Below, one piece after another: positions 24,184 to 38,410 of a DNA stretch of 64,000 nt. Position numbers and translations under genes: made by a program. Below the pieces are notes generated by a model that saw nothing but the letters and a program-made list of their open reading frames with translations, did no database searches and was not told the DNA's origin. Numbering within the stretch: position 1 is the stretch's first letter; each line of letters starts with the position of its first letter. Origin of the DNA: Microbotryum violaceum (lineage: Eukaryota). The stretch is from contig CDLV01000012.1 in assembly GCA_001244265.2 (NCBI GenBank), positions 124,001 to 188,000 on the forward strand. The letters are read 5' to 3'.

Positions 24184-26477
24184 ATGCTGTCCACAAGGAC
24201 GGCCACCAGTCGGATAGCGACGTGCTGCTCTTCGCGGACCCGACCGTCGACCGTCGCAGCGCTCGCATTCCGAATTCGACCACTTTCCTCCGTCGCACCA
24301 GCCTCAACCCCACCTCGGACACCCTCCGCGGCCTCTCCCTCCTCCACCGACGACGCCTTGCGATCATTGGCAGCTCTGCTCGATCGGTATCCGCTCTTGG
24401 GCGATTCTCGCTGGCCAGAACGGATACGACACGCCTCGCATCGGCTCAATGACCTCTCTCAGAACACACGTGCGACCATAGCCTGTCAGTTCAGCGTACA
24501 CATCCGATTATGCTCCAACCAGGAACTCACACAGCTCATCAACAGTCGCGGGTGGTCATTGGAGCGGGGTCTCCCCCATCGTCACCGCCATGCTGGACGA
24601 ACCGCTCGCGTCGAATGCTCAAGTCAGTTTGGCCCTGGCCGCCCGACATTTGCGGCTCACCGACTCGGAAGTGCTCACTATAAAGTCAGGCCGAGAGTGA
24701 GATCGATCATACACCTTCTCAGAAGAGCTGTCTCTGACCGTGCGCGTCCACCACAGACCTGGCGATGTCCCCCGAGCGATCGCGAGCACGAACGAACTCG
24801 AGCTGCCCTCGGCTTGGCTCGAAGCACATCGCGTTCAAGTGGTCGAGTTGATACACGGTGGTCAGTTGGAAAATGTGTCCAGCAATATGAGCTCGTAACC
24901 AAGCTCACTTACCACATCGTTTTGTCTTGACAGACCTAGCGCCGAAACAAGTTTCGTTCGACTCGCTCTATTCCTCGGACGTTGTCGTGCTCGTCCTTTC
25001 GAGCGATCGAGCTCTCTCCCCAGCTTCGACGCGGTCCTTGCTCAACGAAATCAAGGGCAAGCCCAACCTCATCCTCGCACTCAATACGCTCGATGCGTCC
25101 CCTTCGAGCGCCGCCTCTTCACTCCGATCGCTCTCCCACCAACTGTCGACCGTGTACCCATCCTCCAAAGACGAGTCCGAGATTATCGCCGTCTCGTCCG
25201 AGCAGGCCTCTTCCGCATTGGGCTCATTACAAGCGGCAGAAGCGACATCCCAACCCGACTTGTTCGAACACTTCCAGAGCGCCTTCATCAAATCCGGCGT
25301 TCCGCACCTCAAGGACGAGGTCAAGCGACTCATCTCGTCCGTCGACCGGCCAACACTGCACCGCCAAGCGGCCGAGTTTACGCTCGACAAAGCGATCGAG
25401 GCCAGTGCGGTTGAAGGCGCCAAGATCCAGGATAGCTTGCATAAGGTCGAGACTAATATCGCCGCTCTCGATTTTATTATTGACGAAGCGACCTCGGCCG
25501 TGCTCGCTTCTCTCGGCGTCGGCTCGCAAGGGCTAAAAGTCCCCGAGGAACATATGCAAAACTCGATGAAGGCGCTTCGACAAGTTTTCGACCACCGGCT
25601 GGCATGGTACGTCCTCCCTTGGAAGACGGACGAGCTCGTCGCCGAAATCGTTCTCGTCACAGGCACGACCTACCTTGTCGATTTCGAGCAACACCTGCTC
25701 TATTCGACAGGTCGCATCGATTCACTCGCCAACACCTTGTCCCAAAAGACGAATGAACTCGTGCAAACGCGCGCATTCCTTCCTCCTCAATCATCGACCT
25801 CCGCACCACTCGCTTCATTGCATTCCCCCGTCCTCTTGAACCAGATTCAACAAGCCGAAAAGGAGTCGCATGTTTCAGCTTCGACCACGCTGATTAGCCC
25901 ATTGCACCTTCGACGCAACCAAATCACCTGCCCCGGAGGACCGGCCGAAACGCTGCAAGCCACAGCGCAAAAACTGGTCGTCGAAGCTTCGTCCATGACG
26001 ACCGGCTCGATCCTCGCCGGTGTAGGACTGGAGGTCACCCATTACGCCAATCTGATGACGAGTGCTGCCGTCGGCTTGTTGGGCGTCACTTTGGCGGCTT
26101 GGGGTCTGCAGAGGGGGTGGGAGAAGGCCAAGATGAGGTTCGAAAAAGATATTCAGCAGCGTGTGAGGAGTGGTTTGGAAGAGGACTTAGGGGTGCGTTT
26201 TGAGAGCGGGCCAAGGCGCAGACGCACCTTACCAAATAACCCCTATGCTCGAGGGGCTTTGAGTGAAGAACAGCTGACTCACTTGTGCCTGGCCCATTGA
26301 TTGTACCAGATTGCGGCGAAGAACCTCGTTGACCGAAGTACGTACATGGCTCGCACGGCCGTCGCTTTATCCTTGAGTCTGCTGGAACAGAGGAGAAACG
26401 AGTTCGATGCGTTTCAACATGATTTGAGGGCGATCGACGAGCGGAGGAGGGAATCATCTCGAGAGAAGCGAATGTGA
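24184..26477 (+). CDS. Mmc1-like mitochondrial protein (multi-exon)
   Basis: Arg/Ser-rich mitochondrial presequence and a long ORF at 24927-26192. C-terminal transmembrane segment followed by AWGLQRGWEKAKMRF, typical of fungal Mmc1. Last exon 26310-26477. Confidence 0.65.
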
Positions 26478-27471
26478 AGATGCAATGCAAGAAGTTTGCA
26501 TACCTGCGTGTCTTTGAGAGAACTCGGCGATTCGGTCATAAGGAGGCGAGAGCTGTCTTCGAAGTGGAGTAGTGGGTTGGAATGCTGGGGAGGAGAGGGG
26601 TGCGGGGCATGGGGCATGGTCGATCGAACCACCCAAGTTCACCACGAGTGAGGATCTCGGCAATTCGGATTCGTATCCGGCTTTCGCGTGACTCCGGTCA
26701 ATGGCCCTAGAAGACGAAAGGACGAAACAGGGCTAAAAGGTGGGGAAGACAAAAACAAAGCTCGCTAGATCGGACCAGGATAGGAGGTTCGCCAAGAAAG
26801 ATCATTTTCTTTCATTCCCTCTCGTTCTCTCGGGGTTACCCCCTTTCTAGGATCCCTCGGCCCTTCCACGCCGGTTTGTGGCTGTGGTCCACAAGGTAGT
26901 ACATACCCCTACTCCCTTGTGCGACAACTTTCGTCTTGCCTCTGTTGAACGACTCTTGCTATTTTTCTTACCAAGCCGACTCATTCCACGTGAAGGCTGC
27001 TCCCTCACACCGAAGAAAGGGAGCAGGTGAGCTCACCTGACCGGTGATCTGTTCCGTCCAAGGGAGGGCAAGAAGATTTTCTCCGACCGGCTATTCGTGC
27101 TCGGAGGTGAGCCGGTGAGCCGAGGCAACCTCAGAAATTCCAAGTGCACGGTCAGGTCCGTCACGTCAGGCCCAGGCCCATGCCCACGCCCATGTTCGAC
27201 GTCAAAAGTGTGATGTCCCTGCTGAGAAAGGGGGCCTTTTTTGTTTTTACGCCGGCGCGGCTTTTTTTTCCTGCACGTACCAGCTCTGCACCCACAGGTC
27301 TCTCGCTTCCCCCACACTTGCGCCCCCTCCTTTAGCGCAACCATCCCACACTCAGCACCGGACTTCACCCCAGGATCACGAGGCTTGGGCCAAGCCATCA
27401 TTACACAACGACAAGTCTCAACGATCCATTCCGGACCTGAACACGTTTCTCCGACTCCTCCGACTCGTGCT

Positions 27472-29760
27472 ATGACGTCCACCTCGTCCGAGAAACACAA
27501 GCTGGGCGACGGCGACGTCGATGTCGAGGGCAAAGCCGGGGCGCTCGCGCAGGTCGAGCACTTTGAGCAGATGACGCAGGAGGTGCGCGACGCGCAGACA
27601 TTTGAGCATAACCTTACCGTGGCCCAGTCCGTGAGGGTGTACAAGAAGGGCGTCGCGTGGTCTTTGTTGCTCTCGATGGCCATCATCATGGAGGGCTATG
27701 GTATGTTTGGCTCAAGTGTCCGGGCGGGTTTCCTACGAGGTCCGGTTTGCCACGCCGAGTGAGGCTGACGGAGTGACCCCGCGCGCCCGCTATGACCACC
27801 TTCCATGTCCACTTCGAGCGAGCCGCCTAGACTCGACGCTGTTGCCTTCGTTCTTTGCTTTCCCGCCCTTTGTCGAACAATGTGAGTCACCACAAACAAA
27901 CCTTTACGTATGAACATCTCCCGGGGGTGAATAATGAAGTCCTGAACCCCGAAAACTGAGATCGTTCCACACCTTGGCTCGGAAATCGTGCCCGTTTGCA
28001 GACGGTACTCGCCTACCGGACGGCAGCTTCACCATCTCGGCGTCTTGGCAAACCGGTCTTTCAGTCGGGTGCCAGGTCGGTTCGATCGTCGGCGTGTTCC
28101 TCAACGGCGTTCTGGTCGATCACTACGGGTACAAGCACACGATGCTCGCATCACTCATCTTCATGATCCTCGTCATCTTCATCCCCTTCTTCTCCACCAG
28201 CATCGAGGTCTTGCTCATCGGGTTCCTAGCTCAAGGAATCCCTTGGGGTATCTTCTCGACTTTGGCTTGTTCCTATGCTTCGGAGGTATGTTGCACCAAG
28301 CTTCGACCCATTTTGGCGACATGGATCAACGCGTGCTGGGTCATGGGTCAGCTCGTCGCAAGTGGGACCCTTAGGGGCTTCCTCAGTCGAAGTGATCAAT
28401 GGGTCAGTCAAACCTTGCAGCCTTAGCTAGCATGATAACGTAAACTAAGTGCAGTATGCTTCGACAGGCTTACCGGATCCCTTATGCTTTGCAATGGCTC
28501 TGGCCCGTCAGCATCTTCGCCGCCTGCGTGTTTGCCCCTGAATCCCCTTGGTTCCTCGTTCGCCAAGGTCGGGAAGAAGAAGCCGTCGCCATCGTTAGAC
28601 GCCTCACTTCACCCGGTCAAGGTTCAGGCTTTTCCCCCGAAGCGAATGTCGCTTGGATGTCGTACACCAACAAGATAGAGGAAAACGTGTCGGCCGGTAC
28701 GTCATACCTCGATTGTTTCAGGGGTATCGACCGTCGTCGTACAGAGGTGAGCGCTCATCATCAGCACAAGTGGGTTTCAGAAACACGCTAACTCAGTAAC
28801 TGTGCTTATCAGATCGCCTGCGCGGTGTGGTCCATCCAAAACTTGTGCGGTTCGGCCTTCATGGGTTACTCGACTTACTTCCTCCAGCGTGCCGGTTTCT
28901 CCCCCGCGGACTCGTTCAACCTATCCCTCGGCCAATACGGACTCGGCCTCGTCGGGACCGTGCTCTCGTGGTGCTTGAGTGGGTCACGGCGTTTGGCTAG
29001 AAGTAGATATAGAGCTAGTCCAATGACCAACGAAATCGCAACACGTACCCACAGTGCACACGGCTGGACGTCGAACGATCTACACCTATGGCCTTGCGAT
29101 CCTGTGCTGTATCCTGCTCGTCATCGGAATCATGGGCATCGCGACTAGTCCTGCGGCGGTTCGAGCCGTCGGTGCCATGTTGCGTGAGTTGTCTTCGACT
29201 GCAATCACTTTGACCGTCCCCGTCACGGTCTAACTTATTTAAATTCCTTAGTAATTTACACCTTCATCTACGATGTCTCGGTCGGTCCGGTGTGCTACTC
29301 CCTCGTCGCGGAAATGTCCTCCACCCGTCTCCGCGTCAAGACCGTTGTCCTCGCCCGCAATTTCTACAACCTCTTCGGCATCGTCAACTTCATCATCATG
29401 CCTCGGTTCATCAGTCCCGACGCTCTCAATTGGGGTGCAAAGTCAGGTTTTTTCTGGTCCGCGCTCTGTTTCTTCTGCTTCGTGTATTGTTTCTTCCGAT
29501 TGCCCGAACCCAAGAATCGTACGTTCGGCGAATTGGACCTCTTGTTTTCTCAAGGCGTTCCGGCCCGCAAGTTCTCGTCGATACATGTCGATCCCACCGC
29601 GACGCACCATTCGAATGGGGCCTTGTTGGACGCTTCCAATCTATACAAGGGTCTTGGTGCGGAAGTGAAAGGTGTGGCACATGGTACGATGGCTGCCAAC
29701 ATGGCCAGGAAACCAGTCTCGTCGCCCTCTTCAGCTTCAGCTTCGGTTGGCGTGGTCTGA
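27472..29760 (+). CDS. MFS sugar porter, alpha-glucoside/maltose permease-like (multi-exon)
   Basis: SMAIIMEGY, FAPESPWFLVRQG, YSLVAEMSSTRLRVKTVVLARNFYN and FFRLPEPKNRTFGELDLLF. Confidence 0.9.
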
Positions 29761-30348
29761 ACATCACTTCGCCTTCTCGGAGACAGGACACTTTCTCGCT
29801 CCGTCCTTTTCTGTTGGTCGAACTTTGTAGAACGCTTTACCCACTCAGCTTCGCAAATCTTTCTCGGGCCCCGTCGACCACCCCCGCGCCTCCTGAAGTC
29901 TGCGCCGGTTTCCGCCCAGATTATTCCGCCAGCTCCTTCGCGGTGGCAGTAGTTTCACCACGTCCAATGGTTTTGTCTCAATTGTTCATTTTGCCCTCCT
30001 ACTCACTCCGTACGATGGACCCTCGGCCTTCGTGTGTGCAATATAGGCTGATACTCTGCCCAGTGTGAAAGGAAACAAAAAAGCTGTTCTTGAGAAATCG
30101 GAATAAGTTGGCGCCGACCGACGTTTTTTTTTTTTTGGTATCAAGCCTGATTAGATGTCACATATTCGATTGAGCGAAATCAGTGTTTCTTGATCTGAGT
30201 GGTTCGAGGAAGAGGTCCGTGCGAAATGGGGCTCTTCGCCAGGCGCTAGCAGGTGCTCGTCTAGCCGGCTGCCGGCCGGCTGCCCAAGGTGTAGCTCGCT
30301 CGCCCCTCTCTCGTCATTCCTCCTCCCTAACCTTCAACCCATCACACC

Positions 30349-31038
30349 ATGTCGCGATCCCTGTTCCGGCTCACCACATTACGTACGGTCTTGGTAGCCC
30401 GACCAACATCGGTCTCGGCATTGGGCGCACGTCGTTTCGCCTCGACGCACCACAACGGCCACCATGTCGATCACAACGCGGGTGACGTCTTCCCCGAAGA
30501 GGGTAAGGACGCGGTGTTTTCCACTTGTGCGTAGCTTCCTCACACTGATGAAATCGTCCACGCTGCAGGTTTTAACGCGTCCTTCTACTCCAAGATCGCC
30601 TTCGCCGCCGTCGCCGCTTTCGTCCTGCTCCACTTGTCCCCCGCGACGAACTCCACCACGTCTGAATTCCAAGACGAGAAGCCTTACATCACGCGCTACA
30701 TCGAACACAACCTGACCCCTAGAGCGGGCGCGTTCAAAGAGCACAACCAGCGCCATTTGGAGATGGCCATCGCCGCGGCGGAGGACAAGTTGCTGTTCCA
30801 GGAGGCGGAGCGACCGAGGGTCAGAAGGATGAGGAATACTGGGTGAGTGAATCGAGCGTGTTCTCAAGGTGATCCATTTTGGGGGATCGTACGCAGTGAT
30901 GGTGCTCAACTCCGTCTGATTTCTGACCGCAGCATGTTCGACCAAGCGAGTCCTCACGCGATCCCCGTTGGGTCCCAGGCGGACCTGTCTAACCTCGTCA
31001 TCAAATCCGAACAGGACGACTTTTCAGAGGGCCTCTAG
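30349..31038 (+). CDS. NADH:ubiquinone oxidoreductase 17.8 kDa accessory subunit-like (3 exons)
   Basis: Mitochondrial presequence, His-rich linker, single transmembrane helix, KPYITRYI...HNQRHLEMAIAAAEDKLLFQEA and FDQASPHAIPVG. Confidence 0.75.
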
Positions 31039-33894
31039 AACCTTGACCATAGATTGGCGTAGGACGAATGAGGCGTCCCGGTCCCGGCGTGTTGGGTTGC
31101 TGGAAGGAGACTGAGGACGTGGGAGGGGAAGGCGCATCTCCCTCTTGGCTCGCGACTTGATTTGTAGTGTAGGTGTACGTGAGGAATGCACGGATAATAG
31201 ATACAGGTGAAAGATTCGATCAAGTCCAGGAATCGCCGAGGCAGCCGGAGAGATAGGATTGACGCTCGGACTGCTTCAAGTCCTGAGTTTGAGATCGACC
31301 TCTGGAGTGGGGGCACGCTTGATGCTGTGGCAGCGTACTCTGTCGCTCACCGCCTTCGTCCGGACCTGAGTCCCCAGCCGTTGGAACCACCCTGGATACC
31401 GCTCCATCTGCGACCTACAACGACATCGCTGAACACATCTGGCCCGCTCAATTCATCCCGACTTCAGCCTCCCAGGACTGCTGTGACATCACTGCCATTA
31501 GGTTGGTGACCTACTGGGTCGCACAAATTTTTCGCGGCTAGAAAGGAACTACCACGACGCTACGACTGAGTACTGATTTGGGAGCTCCTCGCTGACGTCA
31601 GATCGCCGATCTTTCCAGCTCCTCGATTTACCTCCTCTCGGCCTGTGCCGCCGCTCTCAACCGGTCAACTTAACCAGCCTCCCCATATGGCGATCGATCG
31701 TGTTCCTCCCAGCACTACCTTGCGTGACTCACCACAAGCCGAAATAAATGTCAAGCATCAATAATTTACCTGTCGAATTGCTGGTCCTCATCTTCCGCAG
31801 CTCCTGATAGAATTATCCTGGGACCAATAGTAGCTCGGGCTGGATCAGGCGCCGGTGCAAATTTAAAGGCAAAGGAGAAGTTGGCGTCATCTCGCCCCCG
31901 GTCGAGCTGTGCCGGGAACTCCTGCCCCGCACGGATACCACAACTCTTTAAGCCACAACAGTTGAGAGTGATTGAGCCACACGTCTCAGCGGCATCAACA
32001 TCGTATTGCAGTTGTTGAGAACTGTGCACGGGGTGAGGTGAGTGAGGCTATGCAGATTGCGGCGAGTGAACTCGTTCGATACGGGCGCCCCCCTACTCGA
32101 AGATAAACTGCAAAAAACCTCTTCGAGGGTGAGTGGAGCACTTTTATTATGAACTGAAAGGAATGCTCCGCATTTCACTTGGACCGCGAAACTTGCCCTA
32201 GCCGACACTAAAGCAAAGGGGACAACGTCTCGGATCATGCGACTCCACAACTTGAAAGCAGAGAAACGACTCCGAGTCCACTGGGACGTAATGTCAGCGC
32301 AACTCCCTCCCTTCTTCCCAGCCCATTTATCCGTTCATTTTTGCGCAAATGGGATAACGTATGGCGAGATCGATCGAGTTGCTGGCGAGTAAAGACACAT
32401 CATGGGTCAAGCGCTGGCTCACTTCGCCATTGCCAACTTGGCGCGCGCTCGGCCAGCCAACTCCCTAAGTGGTGGATCACACCCACATCGCTGATTATAG
32501 TGTATGTTTGGACGGGAAATGACTTGGGATTGTAGTAAACCTGGTGAGCTAATCGACCTATCACAGTCCGCGGCTCTAGGACCAGCAGGAGTGAAAAGAT
32601 TTGTGGTGACTTGTGGCACGCGGCGCGGTCGGAGTCAGCAATCGATACCGCGTGAAAGCGACTAAGATAACGTAATGTGTTGCACAGGATGGATCAGAGT
32701 AGAGTGGGATGGATGGTAAGTGTACTTAAACAGAATTACCCCCGGCCGCTTGGAGTCTTGACGCAACCTGTAGACGAGCTGGTGGATGGTCTTGCAGTGC
32801 CGACTCGGAGATCCTCGCCGAAGTTGGCTGAGAAGAGGGACTCAGCGTCCGAAGTTATTCTCGACCGTCGAGCGCACAACGGAGAGGCCTTCTCCCGAGT
32901 TCCCAGATGGAAAAGAAACGGGTGGATCAATTCACCTTCGGGTATGTTCTTCGCCTCCGATCCCAAGACAGCTGATGTTTCTAGTTTTCTAAGCTATGCT
33001 GCGTTTCCGCGAGTCGGATTAAGTTGAAATCCACCGGAATTGGGCCATGATATGTCCGCAATGCGCACAAGTAGTCGGGAAACTTGGGGTTCATTTCGCA
33101 TCAATTCGGTCAATTCGAGGTGATGTCCATCGAGCTTATCAAGTAAATCTCTCGGCATCCCGTTTCGTCCCCGTCCGAGTGAATCATCGGCCTTGGCGTG
33201 GTCAAGTAAGGCCCGAACAAGGAAAGACCTCCTCTCCCATTTTGGCGACGAGCCAAAGGGGGCCGGCGCGCTCAGACTTGGGTCCCGGAAACGGAAGAAT
33301 GCTTCGAGGGCCTTGTCAAATTCAGCAATACATAATCACGTAGAACGCAAGAATGTAGTCACCCAGGTGATATCGTTGCAGATTGATGCATCGCCAAGCA
33401 CGGGCAGCTGACGGTGAGTTCAAGCTCACCCCTGAGAGATGCGCCGGTCGAGTCGCGTGTGTATGCGCGCCGCGAGTAGACGGTGGTGATGCATCATTTT
33501 CAAATTCAAACTTATCGGGTACTCACTACCCGCCTGAACAGATTGCGACAATACATGCGATCCGCAAGTCGTACGGCGAGCATTGAGTCGCGCGGCGAGT
33601 CTCCAAAGTTCCGGCTTGTGCAGTCGGTGTACGCGATCACCGACATCGGCAGAATCGTTCCTCAATAAGTGTCTGCCTATTTTTTATTTTTTTATTTCCT
33701 CCATGTCCAAGACGTCTAGCGTCTATCCGTGTGTACAACGGACTCGGAAAAGCGCTCCGACTCGATGCAGTTCCACTGGGCAAACCTCTCGGATTGAATC
33801 GACATTAATACTTGGCCGCCACTCTTTATACGTAGTGAGCGCGGTTATAATCGCTGGTCTCCGGCGCGCTTGCTCGCGTTTGAAATTCAGATCG

Positions 33895-36800
33895 GCAGGT
33901 CCATTAAGCCAGCCAAAAAAACTCGTGCGCGCACGCGCGATAAGGCAGCTTTTCTGTTTTTTGGCCCGGGGGGAGCTTGGTAGAGGGATGGTGTACCATT
34001 GCTTTCCCCTCCTCGCCCACCCCGGCACGGTGCACCTCTCTGGCCGTCCCACGAGCCTTGAAGCGAAAGCTTATTAGCTAATCGATGTTAGCGTTAGCTT
34101 TATAGACAATTCCAATCTTCCTATACCAATGTTCCCAAGAGTCGAATTCGGAACCGAAATGCGATATAGCTGTTGTGCCCAATACCGCCTGCTGACCAGA
34201 TAGAGGATACAACCACAGGTAAGACAGCTACTGTATTGACCTTCTGCCCCCCCCCCCCCCCCCTCCCTCCTAATTTTCTGCTTCTCTTCACTCACTACTC
34301 ACTACCCCTGTTTTTTTCTTTAATAGAATTCAACAGCAGTACAATCATAACAACACCTAAAAATCTTGGGAAAGTCGGAGCGAATTCAGTTGAGCACACT
34401 GACTACACATGCAAGCGCGAAACTTACGGCTGCCGTAGGGCACAACTTGCCAAAAAAAGAAAAGTGTGTCTGCAAGGACCAAAGTAACGTTAGCTCCCTT
34501 CTGATTTTCAATCAGCATCGATTGAAATTGTTAGGTTTTTTGCTAGCCCCTCACAGCTGGACTACACAGCCAAAAAAGCGAACATTTTCAATTGATGCGG
34601 AATCAGAAGCGAGCCATACAAGGCGCAAGGGAACTCTGTGTGTAGTCCAGTTGTGAAGGGGCTCGCCTTACACTGGACCAGACAACAAAAAAAGCTACTA
34701 ATTTCAATCAATGCTGATTGAAATCAGAAGGGAGCCAACATTACTTTGGTCCTTGCAGACACACTTCTCTGTTTTGGCAAGTTGAGTCCTACGGCAGCTG
34801 TAAGTTTCGCGCTTGCATGTGTAGAAGGCCAGCTTCGGAGCTTCGGATCTCGAAGATGGTAGTTTCCTTTTGCCGAGTCATCTTGGGCCCTACTGGGTCT
34901 TAAGGTTATTAATGGTGGAGCCAAAAATCTGACTGGTCACTTGCTGTGAAGTGCATTAGATATATATAAAATGTGGCTCACGGTTCGCTCCCGCACTTTG
35001 AAGCTTTGACCTTGGCCCAAGCACGTGCGCATCGACGCGTCGACGCACACTGGGTGACTAAATGCTCCTCAAATTGAGTCGGACCAGGTTAATGATTGGT
35101 CCCACTTCTTGTTTCATGTTCCTGTTCTTGTTCTTCTGCAATGATCGATTGGGAGCGATCTTACACCTTGTCCAAACACGACCTCATCGCTGTCTCTCGC
35201 GCCTCGCATCTTAACCAATGATCATTTTGTGATTGTTCCGCATCTCGATAGTTGACACAAAGCACACAAGGGGACCACACCGGTGACATTTCCGGTAGGA
35301 CGTCTCAGGATTTGGGTATGTAGCTCATCATTCTCTCATCACCTGATTGTGTCCTATTCTCTGAAGTGCGACTTGACTTCTGACAAATCGCACTTTTCAC
35401 AATGCATGCATGACCAGGGACTTCTCGCTTGACCCTCAGCTGCGCACCCAACGCAGCATCGGACAGTGCAGTAGAAGGCTGTGGGCAAATTGATGGGAAG
35501 TGCAATACAGAGGGCGACTGGTAATTCTCAGGTTCTATCTGCCATGTGGAAACCCGAGTATTCAAGACGATTTCGATCGCAATGTTGACCACCGGTGGAT
35601 TTTCCCGCGCCGGGTACCCTGACTCAAAAACCTAGTCACTTTCAGTGCCACAACAGTACGATCTGGTGATGACCCTCGTTCTTACAAAGCTGATTTCAAG
35701 CAAACAAAAACCGAGAGACCGATTGAGATACCACCAGAACTGTCATCTGCAAAGGCTGCGTTGGTCGACAGTAGAAACAGCGGGAGGCCAGCAATAGCTC
35801 GCAGGCCACTCGTGCACTCTGATGCGCGGAGGAATGGTAGAGTACGAAGAACAACATCGTGATCCTGACTCAATGATGTTCGTTTAGGGGTATACACCCT
35901 ACTTTTCTGTCCATAGCTAAATCTGAGCTTCCGCCTTTACGATGTAACAGTAGTACATGTACCGGTGAGAGCACGCAACGGAGCGGGTCACACGGCAGAG
36001 AGCACATGAAAGGCGCAGGTGTGATTGGCATCAAAGTCACCTTTTTCTCAGCACCGGGACAGATATCATTGGTATATTGTCAAACTCATTCCTCGTTATC
36101 AAACTAGAATGAGTTCAATCATACACGAACATCCTGTCAGGTTATTAAGTGCGTCGTCATGTATCTGAAATGTCGAGAGTCCGATAATGTCGACGCAGAC
36201 GTATAGCTGTCTAAGTGGCTGCGTGGCTTAAAGTAGCCAAGACAACACCATTGAAAAGCACCGAAAAACAGATCGAGTATGGGACCAGATTAGCCTTCGT
36301 TCGAGTACAGATTAGAGTGTGGGGGTTAAATGGAGTCTGATAATTAGCAACGTGATCTCTGCTGAGATCTCAGGAAGTATCAACAAAGACCTGGCACGGA
36401 CTTCGGGCATCTGACTGGCCTGACTGCGCACGCTATAAACACCAAACGCAATGGCGGAAATTTGAAAGCGCACTAACTAAGCGCAGTCAAGAAGAATGCC
36501 CGCTTATCTTATCGCCAGCAGCAGAGAGCTTTCCTTCTGGATCTTTAGCTGACCTGTTAGACCTCCCGCTGTCGGCACTACTGCTGGGCAGTAACCTTTT
36601 CAAGCGGGCTAGAGCGCATTTAAACGGTAGCCAACCCCTGTCAGCGTTGGTTGCTTCTCGGTCGTATGGTTGCTACTTTGCATTCCCTGCACTTCCGAGG
36701 GAAGGGAAATATTGTAAGACATGAAGAGACACTAGTCAATGAAAAGGCAAAAGCACGCGAGCGCTCGCATCATCTGTTTGGATTGAGGCTTTTGGAACAA

Positions 36801-38410
36801 GAGCCTTCGATTCCAGACAGCCATTAAAAATTTCCCAAGTTTCGTCATCACTGCCATCATCTTCCGCATTGAACTCCCACTCCTCAAGCACAAATGCACC
36901 GTTGTCTGTGGCGTCGATAGAGTAATGACTCAAATCGTCGCTCGAATGATCACTCATGTCAAAGTCAACCCCTTCGTTCGTGTTGTCGTCCGTCTCATCA
37001 ATCGTGTCACCAGGGCTGCGGGCAAACGAAGTCAAATCCGGCAGGCCATCCACTGTCGTTTGCTCAGCGTCGTCCGTACACCAAAGCCGAAGCGCCACGC
37101 ACCCCTCCATCTGTTGTTCGCCCGTGTCATGGGTGCACTGCCACAGGTAGTAATCAAGGCTCGGGATCGATGGCTCCGATGGAAGGGGCTCCGAGTCGGT
37201 CGACGTGTCGGACGCGGCCTCGTTGGGTTGCCGTGAATACTGTGGTACTCGGGATCCGGTCGCATCCGCTATTTCAATTTCTCGAGGCTAATAGAAGTCG
37301 TAGTGGCAGTAAGTTCTGGACTCGGGCGTCTCGACGACGAGTCATTCCCGGCGGCCACGAGAGGAGGGAGGCTAAAGCCGGCTTACGGGAGGGAGAGGAA
37401 GAGGATGTGATTTCGAGGGGGCCTTCACTTTTGCGCCGCAAAAACTCGGAAAATGACGAGCATTGGTGGGATCGGGAAAGGCAGCATTTGGAAGGAAGAC
37501 TGAGCCCGATATGCGGAGGAAACAGTGAAGGGGAATGAACAGAAAGCAGCCGTTTGAACTGCCGGGACTTTTGAGGGGAGTTTTCTTCTTGTTTTCAGGA
37601 AAACTTCCAGGATCCAATACAAAGTTTTTCTTGTCTCTCCCTTTTTTTGCGTGTTTCAAGTCTCGTTTGGCATCGTCTCCAGCCTCCGACCTCAGCGTTT
37701 CGTTCTCGAACTCGGTCTCGCTTCTCGATTCTACCCCCACTGCAGTCTCTCGTGTCTCTCGCCTTGGCGTTCTAAAAGCTATTAGTCATACCTTAGCCTT
37801 TTATTATCATATCATCTTTGATCGCTATACCATAATGCGAGCAGCGTAGCCGGAAGATTTTACAGACGCCTCGCTCTTCGGGGACAAGACTCGCTCCTTT
37901 TTTCGTTCTCGCACGGGCCATGACCTCATGGCATCTTGTTCTTTTTCTTTTTCTTCTTCGCCCCATCCTCTGGCCCCGTGGTCGCCCCGCTCTCGATGAT
38001 CGCGTCAGCCGCCTTCTTCTTCCTCCGCCTCGTGAATTTCTTACGCTTGGTCTTGGTGTCTTTTTCCTTGTCTTTCTCTACTAGGGACGCTGGATTTGCT
38101 TGTGGTAGTGGCGATGTGTGTCGCAGGGAGCCCATGCTTGAAGCGATGCCGATGAGTGCAAGGCGGTGGGGGAGGGTTGAAGCTTGGAGGTGGGGGTGCC
38201 AGTGCCATGTGTTGAGGCAAAGGGCCGATTAGCGTAGGTGAGTTAGCAAGTGCATTACTTAGCCGCTATTCTGCCTCCGGGCGCGGGCCGTGAGAGGGGG
38301 GGATGGTATACCATGCCTGTACCAACGTTTTCCTGGGCCAAATTTAAAAAAAGCTGCCTTAACCCGTTGAGCGCGACCTAGTTTTTTTGGCAGGCTTAAT
38401 TTGACCCGCA
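33895..38410 (-). mobile_element. Old TIR-bounded relic, possibly CACTA/EnSpm-like
   Basis: Diverged inverted repeats at about 33895-34030 and 38275-38410. Internal minus-strand remnant LRAIAGLPLFLLSTNAAFADDSSGGIS resembles the F-x-DD-x-SG motif of basidiomycete EnSpm-like transposases. Confidence 0.4.
34406..34821. mobile_element. Foldback MITE with about 165-bp TIRs and flanking TA
   Basis: TA-CACATGCAAGCGCGAAACTTAC...GTAAGTTTCGCGCTTGCATGTG-TA. Arms at about 34406-34570 and 34637-34821. Confidence 0.8.

Noticed and set aside
31200-33800. Scattered short ORFs, possibly TE or gene remnants
   Set aside because: No recognisable motif, termini or consistent frame.
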